A stretch of 64,000 nucleotides of DNA, taken from contig NW_002060944.1 in assembly GCF_000150275.1 (NCBI RefSeq), forward strand, positions 6,919,102-6,983,101, in the 5' to 3' direction. Origin of the DNA: Trichoplax adhaerens. Its lineage: Eukaryota > Animalia > Placozoa. Below, in pieces: positions 52,900 to 64,000 of the stretch; the first letter of the stretch is position 1, and the number at the start of each line of letters is the position of its first letter. The position numbers and the translations under genes were made by a program. The notes under the pieces were generated by a model that was not told the DNA's origin, did no database searches, and saw only the letters and a program-made list of their open reading frames with translations.

Positions 52900-53460
52900 A
52901 TCTCTCCAAGTTCAAAAAATTACTGCTACAAATAACGACAAAATCAGGTCCCATAACCATCAACTTCAGTATATTTAGGTATGTCAGCATGCAGGATTGG
53001 AAATGGCTTTCATAGACAGTACAGTAGGTGGAAATTTTGACACTATTAACCATGCATTCATACTCGTGTTAACAGTCCTTTCAAGACTACGAGCAGCGTG
53101 CAAAATTTATATCATCAAATTTAAACAAAAAGTGTATAAAATCCCCAAAATAGGGTGACCAATTATTTGCACGGTGGGTATACTACAGACCGTAGGACAT
53201 ACGGATATCAAAATATTGCAATCTCATTAGAATACGCCATTGCTAATGATGTCTACTGCTTAGGATTAAATTCTGTTAAAGCTCAAGCAATTACTACTGC
53301 AAATAATGACAAAAGTCAGTTTCTATAATCATCAACTTTATGTCATTGCAATACTGTCCATGTTTATGATTTGATTGTGGTGATTTCATTGTAGATTATT
53401 GCCCGAAGATGAATACTAATTAACCTCAACGAGCAGCAGTGCAAGTCTTGGAAGAACAAA
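52900..53460. repeat. ~365 bp-period degenerate duplication in the CYBC1 5' region
   Basis: 'tcaa..aattact.ct.caaataa.gacaaaa.tcag...c.ataa.catcaactt' at ~52912 and ~53283; 'acgagcagc(a)gtgcaa' at ~53089 and ~53429. Confidence 0.65.
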
Positions 53461-53738
53461 GGTATACGCTTATCATGTATAATTAATTATATCAACGACG
53501 TAATGTTATGTAATCTTCGCCAAGTTAATCATACCCAGGATTGAAGTATAACTATTACTGTTTCCTATGCAAGCTATATGCTATCAATAACTTTATTATA
53601 GGCTTGATGACTGTATCGATTGAGAATAAATAAAGATTGACTACAATATATGGCAAGCAATTGTAGAGATCCTCTTAATTTTGACTGACGTAAAGGTTGA
53701 TGATTGATTCATTCTAGGTTAAAAATTATTACGCGATA

Positions 53739-56498
53739 ATGTACCTTAGAATCGATACCGAAAGCAAAGAAACATTAATATTATCGCGTTATCCAAGCAC
53801 GAGATCATGGATGGTATCATTCTGTAAGTATAGAATAGTCTAGAATGGTTCTGCTAATGTGGAAATGCAAAATGGCGATACGTATATAATCAATATGTCT
53901 TCCCCTATTCTTCTTCTACAATACAGTACTGTATGTTATTTTTACACGTATACTTAGCAATTGTTCTAAGATTGATCGACAGTATAGACTGTATAGTATG
54001 CCAGTAAAATAGGATAAATATCATTCTATCTCAAGCTATCATGTAATTTTATGCTAACAAAAGTCAGCACATCTCCTCTTCTATAGTACCTGTACACTGC
54101 AGAATTGATCGTAAATGCTTACCGACATCATGTTACACCAGTAAGATGGAAAATTTCATTCTCTCTTTTAGCTTTCGTATTTAGTTAATTTTATCATGAA
54201 TAAACGTTTGCATATTTCCTCTCCGATATTGCTTATCACTTTATATTAGAAACTGTCTTAAAGGTCAATCAGTTATATCACATCAGTAAAATGGGAAAAC
54301 ATCATTCTATCTTCTGCCTAACTAATGCAGTTTGCAAATGCTGTGTAAAAATAGCAACGCACACTTACAGTACACGAAATAGAACGTCAATGACAACATA
54401 GGTGGATATTAGAAGAATCAGTTGAAAGTAAAACACACCATATATATTGCTTGCGCCTTGCAATTACAGTCCACCGTAAGGCTTGTCTGCAGTATTGTAG
54501 AATGGGCTATATATGATATCAACTACCAGAGTTCCGCAAATAGGAAAATTTTGATGCTTGTTAGTTCTCGGGCGGGTTGTCAAGTAGCGTGATCCTTTTG
54601 TAAAACTCTATCTACTACATAACAGGTTGAATGCCTTACTAATTATTCTTAATATTTCACAGTTATCGCACTATTTGGATTATTCATCAGTTACTACAGC
54701 TCAGGTTAGTCCATAATAATAGCTCCGTTAGATATTATCAATTTTTCTGTTTCATTACTAGCATTGGAATCGCTTCTTTATCGATTCCATGTAGCTGTAT
54801 CATGATTAAATCGTATTATTTAACCTACTGGACTAATTTTCTATTTACTCTATCTCAATGCTAGATGGATCATACTTGAAATTAACCTATACGATTACTT
54901 TTGTGATAATTGCACTAATGTACTTAGACTATTGGGAGGTAAGAACAGCATACTTACGCTATAAATAAGTAAAAAGAATAACGAATGTACTCAAGTATGA
55001 TTTAAAGGGATAGGAGACAAACTCTTTTGAAAATGTAGTACCGTTATCCTTATCTAACAACTTTTTATTTTCGTAACGTTCGTTGTAATGTCGAAATGTA
55101 CTTTACACTGTACCAAAATTCTAGTGGATAGCCTGATATTATAGTGACATAGACTTAGCTTGGCACAAAATCAATTGAGTTAGAAAATTGTATACTGGTC
55201 ATTACGTATGTACGGTAGATACTACAATAGTATTTGGTTGTGTTACTTGAGGTTCTTAATAAATCTTGTCAAAACGAATTCAAAATCATGTTTTATATTT
55301 GGCCTAATTAAAACTCTTTTTCTTATTTTTATCAATTATGCGCGTATATTCAATAGCAATGCGTTTTTGATAAACATGGATGTGGAACTATCACGTTAAA
55401 GAGCCAAAGCCTAATGCAAAGATTATTTAATTTACCGTATGCTCGATATAGTAAGTATTGCCTTATATCGGTGTCATAAATTCATATAAAATCTATATGG
55501 ACTAGATTTATATTCTGAAAATTCCATAATATTGATCTTTTGTGTGTTTGTCGGTTTTATGAAGGAACATACTTGATAATTCTTATGATGTACATTATCT
55601 ATGATATAGTCTAATAGATTAGCTAAAATATTTAAGTACACTTAGAAACAATGTATTAAGTTTAACAAAGTATCTAAGAGTAATCAGCTTTGATACTGTC
55701 TACTTAGTAGTTCTTTGTCTTTATATAATACTTCATTTAGATTATTAGTCTATATACACTAAAACGTATTAGTACATTCGTAGTACGTTCTTTGGCTATT
55801 TGTGAAGTTACTCTTATTATGAGTACTCTTGTTAGGATATAGTAATTAGTGTTGGATTTGATCGCCATTGCGATGTTGTAATATAAGGAGCCTTAACCGT
55901 GGAAATGGTAACGTGTAGATATATAGAAGGCTATATTTAATATCAATCTCTTTATGTACATGTATAGTTATTGCAAATATAAGTGAAATTCAAGAAGTTA
56001 CAGTCGAACACGATAATGTGCGATACTTTGGAATGAGCCATCAAGTGAGTAATTAATCATTTAAAAAATCTTATTACCGTATATCTTTTATGCTGTTCTG
56101 TTATTATGATTCTGCTGTATCTACTAGATCCGATTACTATATTAGCTTTATATAAATGTGCTCTATATAGATTGAACTAGTTATCAAAATGGCTACGAGA
56201 CAATACTTTTACCACTATTACAAGAAATTTTATAGTCTTGACTTTTTGATACAGTTTCCTATATTTTTTTTCAGGTAATGTTACATTTCAGCCCGGGATA
56301 TAGCTTGCCTTTAACCAATAACAGTACATTTGGAGATTGCAGGTAATGAAATATTACAGCTTAGTCATGCTATTTAATTACTGATTAATTATAGAATGAA
56401 TCGATTGAATGATTTTTATTTTGACTTTCTTCTGCAGCAAACATTATAAAATCGCTGAGAAAATATCTGAGTTTCTCCAGATAAAGTGCGAACTTTAA
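53739..56498 (+). CDS. CYBC1: Cytochrome b-245 chaperone 1 / EROS (C17orf62) ortholog; alternative end at 56752 if a last intron is spliced
   Basis: Exons 53739-53823, 54663-54704, ~54865-54938, ~55358-55451, ~55968-56044, 56275-56342 and 56438 onward give MYLRIDTESKETLILSRYPSTRSWMVSF..ISYYSSDGSYLKLTY...LDYWEQCVFDK...EVTVEHDNVRYFGMSHQVMLHFSPGYSLPLT...IAEKISEFL. This matches EROS motifs (MYLQVET, RSW, EDWEE, VRYFG, GFSHPLT). Probable 5'UTR exons lie at 52.8-53.7 kb. Confidence 0.88.
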
Positions 56499-58401
56499 TT
56501 ACGTTACCCTTACGATATTCTGTCATCTACTATATTTGAATTTCTTCCGTCGTCGGTCTAAATCTAACAACGGCTAAAGTAGTTACGCTTATTTATTAGT
56601 CCTACTGTAGCTTACATACTAATATGATGTGCGTACTGTACTGTAAGCCGAATATTATTTATTTCTATCGTAGCGACATGGCGACACTAATATTTAAAAT
56701 TGGAGAAGCTTAATTGTATTTATGTATTTATAGATTAGACGTATGGCTTTGAGTGTTGTCTAGCAACGTCTGAATGATAGTGTCTCTCGTTAGCATCCCG
56801 AACATATCTATGAATATAATTTACGTAAATGCTCTCGTATGGAGGGAAAGATGCCTTACTTTTATCGGTACACTTTTAAGTTGACTATACTTTATTCAAT
56901 GTTACTGAGAAATAGATCGACCAGACATTTGCTCCTTATATCATTGCTAAAGTTATAAATAAGTTTGCCGATATCAGAAAATGTCAATGTAAATTAACCC
57001 TGCTCGAAACAAGAAATTTTTTGATCGGTATTATTTACATAAGTGCATATTTTTATTAACTAAAGGCTAAGAGTCATTAATTCGAAATAGGCTTTAGAAG
57101 GCATATACCTACGATGTACATTTGTACAATGGTACCGTAATCAAAATGAATGATATACTTGCATCTTGTATCAAATATAATGTGATAGTTATTAACTGTA
57201 CTGATCATATTGTTTCAAATTTTTTGACTGTAGATCAATGTACTGTACTGTCTTCTTAACGTACAGTATATACGAGTATATATATATGTATTATAGTGTG
57301 ATTCATTATCTGTGCTTACTTCCTGAAATTAATAAAGAATGTAGCTGTATTTCTAGCCATACGATGAAACGAGTACTTTAGCAAAATTTTTGAAAGACAT
57401 TTTGCCACCAATGTATCCCATAATTATCATAATTTCAAAGAATATAATTTAGATTCTGACAAAATGAAATCATTTGCTAGCATCACAATATTGACAATAC
57501 TGACTTAAATAAGTTCTTAAGGTGCTTTTGATTGCAGTATGTTTCATATACACTGTACTATATACATACAGTACACTACCGTTGCCATTCGTACGCAAAG
57601 AAAAATCATAAACAATAACGTCAGACTATTACATCAAGCTCTAATGATTGAAATTCTTTATTACAATGAAGATGTTATATACATTGATAAGAATACAGTA
57701 CAAATAATCTAATATCACACGCTGAAAAGTAATTACTGTATTTAACAAGGGTAAAACAAGGCAGTTGCATGTTATAGACCACAAAACATGAATTTGGTAT
57801 TGATGTCTAGCTAAACCTTAATAAGAAATGAAGTAAATAATACTGCACTGACAAAACAGTGAAGCGCTATATAGCACTTAAAAGTACTATATGATTGATT
57901 TATACGTAAAAGTATTTGATCAAAAGTCTATAGTTAAGAGGAAAATCTTACATATATAAATAAAACGTCAATCTGATTTATAAACTACAGTAAGCTGAGA
58001 TGGATACGATACAAAAGATCATCATTTTTAGTTATTGAATGGATTAGGGTCACAATACATTTTATAATAATGATGATTCTGCCCATAGTTATAAGTGCCA
58101 ATTATTAATATTTAGGTGTTTCTTTGAATGATTATACAGCTGGGCTCACTGTGCATAATGATTAATTACTTAAACTCAAATTTTCGATAAAATCCACAGG
58201 GATCAAATTGTACATGATTTTTATATACATCCACTTCATAACGACTGCAATTTACTCTCAATGATGCTAAAGCTACAAATGTTCCTTGGGAATTGTAGTT
58301 AAATTCAAAAATTAGCGATTGGTACTATATAAGATTGCTCCATGATCGCGTCATAATACATGTCCAGAAAAAATCCAAATTGGTGGCTGTGTAAGACTGT
58401 A

Positions 58402-61400
58402 TTAATAGGGTGCATAGCGGTAACCCGAAGATGAATTATTATTCCTGTAATTAGCACCCTAAAAATTAAGCTGATTGTAAGTCTCCAAGCAACTACAATT
58501 TAGGAATTGAAATCAATTATTGATAAAAATCTTACATGATGGTATGATGATGGATTATAATGATCTCCATAATTTTCATAATAATGTTGATCAGAGGCCC
58601 CGGGCCTATGTCCTCTAAAATCTCCGTAATCATTAACATCCCGACCATATCTAAATTAGAAATTTAGGGATAAAATAAAAATATTTGTAAATCAAATTGG
58701 AGCAAGTGCAATAACTGTAAAAAATTTTACGATTCCTGCGATCTAAATATTTACAATGTAGCAACTGCACTGTGACCAGACATCTACTTACCCGTAAGAC
58801 TGATAATGGGGATTATATTCGTACATATGAGATGGGTATGGTTGTTCATAAGGTGGCATCATCTACAGCAACAATTCATACGATTTATGAATATAATTAA
58901 GAAAAAGTTTAAAATAATATTTGCATTCACTTGTCTCACATTTGAATTGTATGAGGGTGGCGCACGACCATGCTGCTCTCTGTAGGAATCGTAGCCACCG
59001 CGTCCTCCTGTCCAACGTCTACCACCACCTCTGCCTGTAAATGGCAAAATTAAAGCGTTCATTTTAGTAACGCACAATCTTTGATAATTCAGGGTGTAAT
59101 TTAGAAATTATCTCATTCATAGAAGTCATGTAGCATAAATAAAATATATTTAAAACTTGACTACCTCCACGTCCACGCGGTGCATTGAAAGCTTTAGGAG
59201 TCGCATAATTTACCTGTAAATGTATTCAATTTCATAACTAAGTAAAGCGTAACCAACAAGCTAATATTATGATATCGCCATTACAGTATATATCTAAAGT
59301 ATCTTACAAGTTAGTATACTACTTTTCTTTTTATGATAAATTAACTGAGGTATCCCCATTTACGTCACTTCAAGCCTTTACCTCCAATATTCTGCCGTCC
59401 ACGGATTTACCGTGTATATCCTCTTTAGCACCTTTAGCATCTTCCGGGTTGATAAATGTTACAAAACCAAATCCCTATACGGGAACAAGCAAAGTCAATA
59501 AATCACTTTGCTAATTAATACATTCAGTCATTACTTATAATGCTAACAACCATTATCGCTGGAGGCTACCTCAAGCTAGCTTTGAGTAAATCAATAATTA
59601 AGTTCTAACAAAGAATTATGATACGGTTAAGCAGCTACATGGGTATGAACGATTTGGAGGTAGATTTTCACATTTTAAATGAATAGTTATACTGTTCTAT
59701 ACACCGGACTACGCTCAAACTACAATTCTATCAAATGTCGCTCCCTTAAATCTAGAATAGCAAAATAGTGCACTAAAGTTCCATAAAATACTATCCGTGA
59801 AGATAACATCCTATCCATTCATTGTGCCTTTACTCACTTTCGATCCTCTTTCATTAAAAATAATTTCTACGTCTTCAATGTTACCAAATCGCTGAAAGTG
59901 TAAATGCATCAATAATTACCATTACAGTATAGTCTGATTATCTTTAAAAATTATTCCATGAGCCATCAGTTTCTTTTAACTAGATATTGCATTAATTTTG
60001 TATCAATTGCTAATTAGATGATAACATGACTCCTGTATTATCATTACGTCAGTTCTAGACTTTTGTGACCACTGCTAATTTAAAAGACTAAGGTGACTCC
60101 TGCACTATCACTTTGTAAATAATTTAGTTTAGATTAAATCGATCAGTAGTTGCAAGATTAAACTCAATTCATGTTATCATTGCGTCAATTCTAGAGGAAC
60201 TAGTTTAGACGCAAAATTGTGTAGTTCTGCTAAATTATCGCTAATGCACTGAGATAATAGTTAATGCTTGCTACACTACGAAAATATCCAACTAACCTCA
60301 AACATATTTCGTAAATCTCCATCACGATATCGAAATGGAATATTGCTAACATGTAACCTTCTGTGATTCGAGGCATCATCATCCTTTGCTGGCCATTTTC
60401 CTTGTTTGGGTGCTTGTGATTGATAAGAATCATGGGGCTTATCCCATTGCTGCTCTTGATACGTGTATCCAGCCTGATCATTGTGAGGTTCTTGATGGCT
60501 GTGATTCCAGTTTGTCTCTGTTGGTGATTTCTATTCATGAATTGGTATAATTGTACGAAGAAATCAAATAAGACATTACTGTAAGAATTGCGGATTACAA
60601 TCAAAAATTAATCGAAATTAGAACAGAAAAAAATCTTGTTATGATACTGTTGTTATAATATCTTATTAATTATGACTTTCGTATTGACATAAAAGTTAAC
60701 TAGCATGTAGCAGTAAGTGCCATAATTCTAACTTTGTGATGTTGAAATAATTGAATGGAAATAAACATAGTAATTCAATATCCTTTACAGGCACCATCGT
60801 GTCCATAGGCACAGTGAAACGTAGCCATCACTTCCAATTAAAGACAACTTGATCTATTTTTTAGTTAGATGTACCCGTATGCCATGAAAATTTTGATCCC
60901 TTTATTCGTTACGAAGGGAAATTGATAAAAACTGTGTTTCATTGCAGTACATCGTGTTATGAAATCCATTAGTTACACCATCTACATATTTTGCCGGTCG
61001 TTACATTGTACAGTGTGTATTCGTATCTATCTAACCCTCTATCGCCTCAAAGCTTACTTTATCATCATATTTTCGACAGAAATATGATAAAACAAGTATT
61101 ATTCCATTTAAGGAAGACATTATAAACCCAATTACAGTTTTGTTGATTTTACCTATAACACCACGGCTAATTGATAAAGGATTCGATGATCTGTTACATT
61201 GTCACTTTATGTTATATCACACTGCAGTATCTGCAAGTGTTCAGTTAAAAGGATGGATATTTTGGCGTTGATTACAGTCAAAGATGAGCATTTCACCAAG
61301 GAAAACCTCTCTTCTCTTTATTACCAGGTACTATAGTTTGTTCGAAATTTACGATGATCTATACTTTCAATCAAAACTGTATTCTATCTAGTAGAAGTAT

Positions 61401-63560
61401 CGCTAACTATAAATTACACCCCAGTTTAAGGCGTTATCAGAGTATTAGTATAAAGAATATCGCAATTTTATCGGCAGCTTATATTCAATGAGGGTATAAA
61501 TCCTCTACACATACAGAAAATGGGATTGAACAGACTATACATCTTGCTAATTATTGTAAAACTGACTACTCTATAAATCTCCCGTCCCAATGCAATTCTA
61601 CATTGACCAGTCAGTATTATCTACCACGATAACGCTGTGTCATTTTGGGGGAGTATTCTTATTCCGGTAGTAGTCTACCACTACATCATATCTCGCGTCT
61701 TCTAGTAAGTAGCAATAAGAAGTATACGTGTATGTAGATGTAATCGAATAGATTGAATAAGTACAAGTAGTTCAAATTTCAATTTCAGATATGGCATTAT
61801 TCCATGCATCTAAAAATGAGATTGACTTTCTGGAAAGATAGATGTACTTGATGTCTCATAAACTGATCATGAAACTACATGAGAGATTCAAGAAATGTTG
61901 TAGAATTATTATATTTAAACTAGTAGTCTAGAAAAGCAAGAATGTCAAGTTTCAAGGGTTAATGTTATCCACTAGAACTCTTGTTCTAACTGCAGGTCGA
62001 TCAAGTCGTATGTTGTGTAGGAGTAAAATGCTCATCAACTGAGTTATAAAGACTTTAAGCTCATTATGGAAGTGGTGGACAAAATTTCTTCCATAACGTT
62101 ATTATCATAAAAGTATAAGGTAAGAGGGTTGATCTCCTTGTCTCGCTGGATCTACATATTCTTCAATTAGTGTAATGTCATACTAAAATCATCTCAATAT
62201 GGCTATACTATATAGAATTGGTTGATCCCTGCCTTACTAGTCGACGTTGTCATTGAATAAATGTGATCGGAATGACGTTTACTTAAGTAAAATGTGCTAG
62301 GTTAGAGGGTTTATGTCTCTCTTTTCTCCTATCCTATCCAAATCATCTGATGATCGCATAGACTCATTGATCTCGATTCTACTACGTGCATGCATTCCGT
62401 ATTTTCATAGAGTAGATGGGAAGATGTACCTCGTCTTGATTTTAATGAAAACATACAAAGTTAAAGGATATCGTTATGGGTTACTCTTGATCTCCTCTTT
62501 GAACGATGTGTCTTTTTTTTTTTTACCATCTGAGTCAATGTGATCCAGCGCTAACGTCTATCAAATCGATTACAGCAGGGAAATTATCTCAAGGTGATTA
62601 CGACACGTTGATCGTTTTTGTGCTACCGGATATGTGATGCAAGATCGATTGGTGAATAGACAGTACTGTGATGGGTATAATATTGATTTTAGCCTTGCAA
62701 AGAGGACAATATAGTCCATGATACGATTGATCATGGTGGGGTATTTTCTATTTAGCTGTACTGAAAAGAATAAAATGATGATGATGGTAGCATCCAATGT
62801 TGAACATGGTTTTACTAGGGATAATGTGATTGAATGATTTTGCCATCGTGTTGATGGGATCTTGAAGTGGTAGCATCATCAACCAATGGAGAAGGAGAAT
62901 GATGTTGAAATGTTAAGTAAAGATTACTTGTCTCCATCATGACAATGATGGAGATTTAGCATTGAAATCAAGTTGATTAGCCTACCATGATATTGATTAA
63001 TTAATAATTGTACTGTTGGAATAGAGAGACATGTCAATGATGTTATTGTGCAGTGATGACGATGATACTTGAAGTTGATTCTGATGTTGAACTGTAGAGT
63101 AAAGATTACTTGTCTCCATCATGGTGATGATGAAGATTTAGCATGGAAATAAAGTTGATTAACCTACCATGATATGATTGATTAATGAATAATTGTAGCG
63201 TTGGATAAAGATAGAGGTCAATGATGTTATTGAGCAATGATGACGATGATGCTTGAACTTTATTCTACTGATTGGTGTAGCTTTAGGCTAGATTGTCAAC
63301 TATTCCATCAAACACAATAGTGATGGAGTGTTGGCGTTGCTTACCGCATTGTCCGATTGTGCCCCCATTTGAGATGATTCTTCTTGATTGATTTGATCTA
63401 CGTTATCGCTCCCTTCTTCAAGATTAGAAGAGGAATTGATGACAGATACAATCTTTTTAGTCGTTAACGAATCGGGAAGGGATGCTCGTTCACTGGGTAA
63501 GTCTCCATCGAGCCCAGGGATAACTGAAATTCTGCTCTCAGCTGTTGGAACTGACGACAT
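58402..63560 (-). CDS. RBFOX1: RBFOX/Fox-1 family RNA-binding splicing regulator (multi-exon; first exon inferred)
   Basis: RRM RRLHVSNIPFRYRDGDLRNMFE|RFGNIEDVEIIFNERGSK|GFGFVTF...DGRILE|VNYAT from exons 60530-60297, 59891-59838 and 59474-59382. It is followed by an RGG segment, a Tyr-rich tail and a C-terminal RYAPY*. Candidate first exon 63560-63345 (72 codons, phase 0, GTAAGC donor). Confidence 0.93.
62900..63267. repeat. ~183 bp tandem duplication in RBFOX intron 1
   Basis: Two copies beginning 'tgatgttgaa.tgt..agtaaagattacttgtctccatcatg...atgatg.agatttagcat.gaaat.aagttgatta.cctaccatgatat'. Confidence 0.9.
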
Positions 63561-64000
63561 GTTGATCAGCGGATTCGTCGCGATGGATGTTGGATGTATC
63601 ACGTGAAGGCGAGTTGGACAGCTCCTTTGTACAGTGGATGGATGGATCACGTGGCCTTTCTACAGTGCCCAAGCATTCACGCGGTCTACAGTACTTTTCA
63701 TTGTCTCCTTTTCTTTCCTGGCTACAGTACTGTTCTGGACACAGGTACAGTACCACTGTCCAGGAGTACTGTCGGTCCGAAGATTACAAACAGTAAAATC
63801 AGCAGACTAGATACAGTAAGTAGACATACAATATAGAATACTGTATGAAATAATGACGAATCTGAATGAAACGATGGACGGAGAGGCGACTGTAAATTCA
63901 TACTACTGTACTGTCATTCCTTTCCTTTCATGAATACAGTTGTATTCCCCTACTATCAACTCATTTTTTGGACCTCGATGGTGTCCGTCTGTACGTACAC

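Noticed and set aside
56171-56278. Apparent extra CYBC1 exon starting at 56171
   Set aside because: It runs into a stop, whereas joining 56044 directly to 56275 gives a gap-free match to EROS.
1012-56752. A 'redox-signalling cluster' of TRPA channels, ERV1 sulfhydryl oxidase and the NOX chaperone EROS
   Set aside because: The genes are interspersed with unrelated housekeeping genes, and ancestral linkage explains GFER and CYBC1 being neighbours. There is no sequence evidence of co-regulation.
60230-60604. 124-aa minus-strand ORF
   Set aside because: It is an alternative frame over RBFOX exon 2. The real frame encodes RLHVSNIPFR.
63050-63270. C/D-box snoRNA-like TGATGA...CTGA motifs in the RBFOX intron repeat
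   Set aside because: They are on the strand opposite the host transcript, too closely spaced, and lack terminal stems.

Overview
An AT-rich, intron-dense animal (eukaryotic) genomic window with short GT-AG introns. The base composition, compact genes and gene content suggest an early-branching metazoan such as the placozoan Trichoplax; this is inference only. Manual splicing recovers nine genes. From left to right: two tandem, highly diverged TRPA1-like ankyrin-repeat channels (+, 1012-11766 and 18448-29342), GFER/ERV1 (-), EIF3B (+), an MCRIP/FAM195 homolog (-), GPS1/CSN1 (+), DUS1L (-), CYBC1/EROS (+) and an RBFOX splicing factor (-). Six of the right-hand genes form three head-to-head pairs whose shared upstream regions are rich in TACTGTA/TACAGTA. 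Long 5' introns and promoter regions carry many local, degenerate tandem duplications of 90-365 bp. The main observations are five. (1) The two TRPA paralogs differ at the S2-S3 Ca2+-binding site (E/Q/Y/N/D versus Q/Q/Y/K/D), in the pore loop and in the C-terminus, and both lack most canonical electrophile-sensing cysteines. (2) Two adjacent introns are precisely absent from one paralog (369 nt = 125+49+195 nt). (3) The seven right-hand genes match the human 16p13/17q25/7p22/22q paralogon, including the tail-to-tail GPS1-DUS1L pair. (4) The EROS ortholog has a conserved exon structure. (5) One intron is built from repeated copies of an exon tail plus intron. No prokaryotic-type system, CRISPR array, RNA gene or intact transposon was found. 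Human residue numbers, exon sizes and map positions are recalled from general knowledge and need checking.
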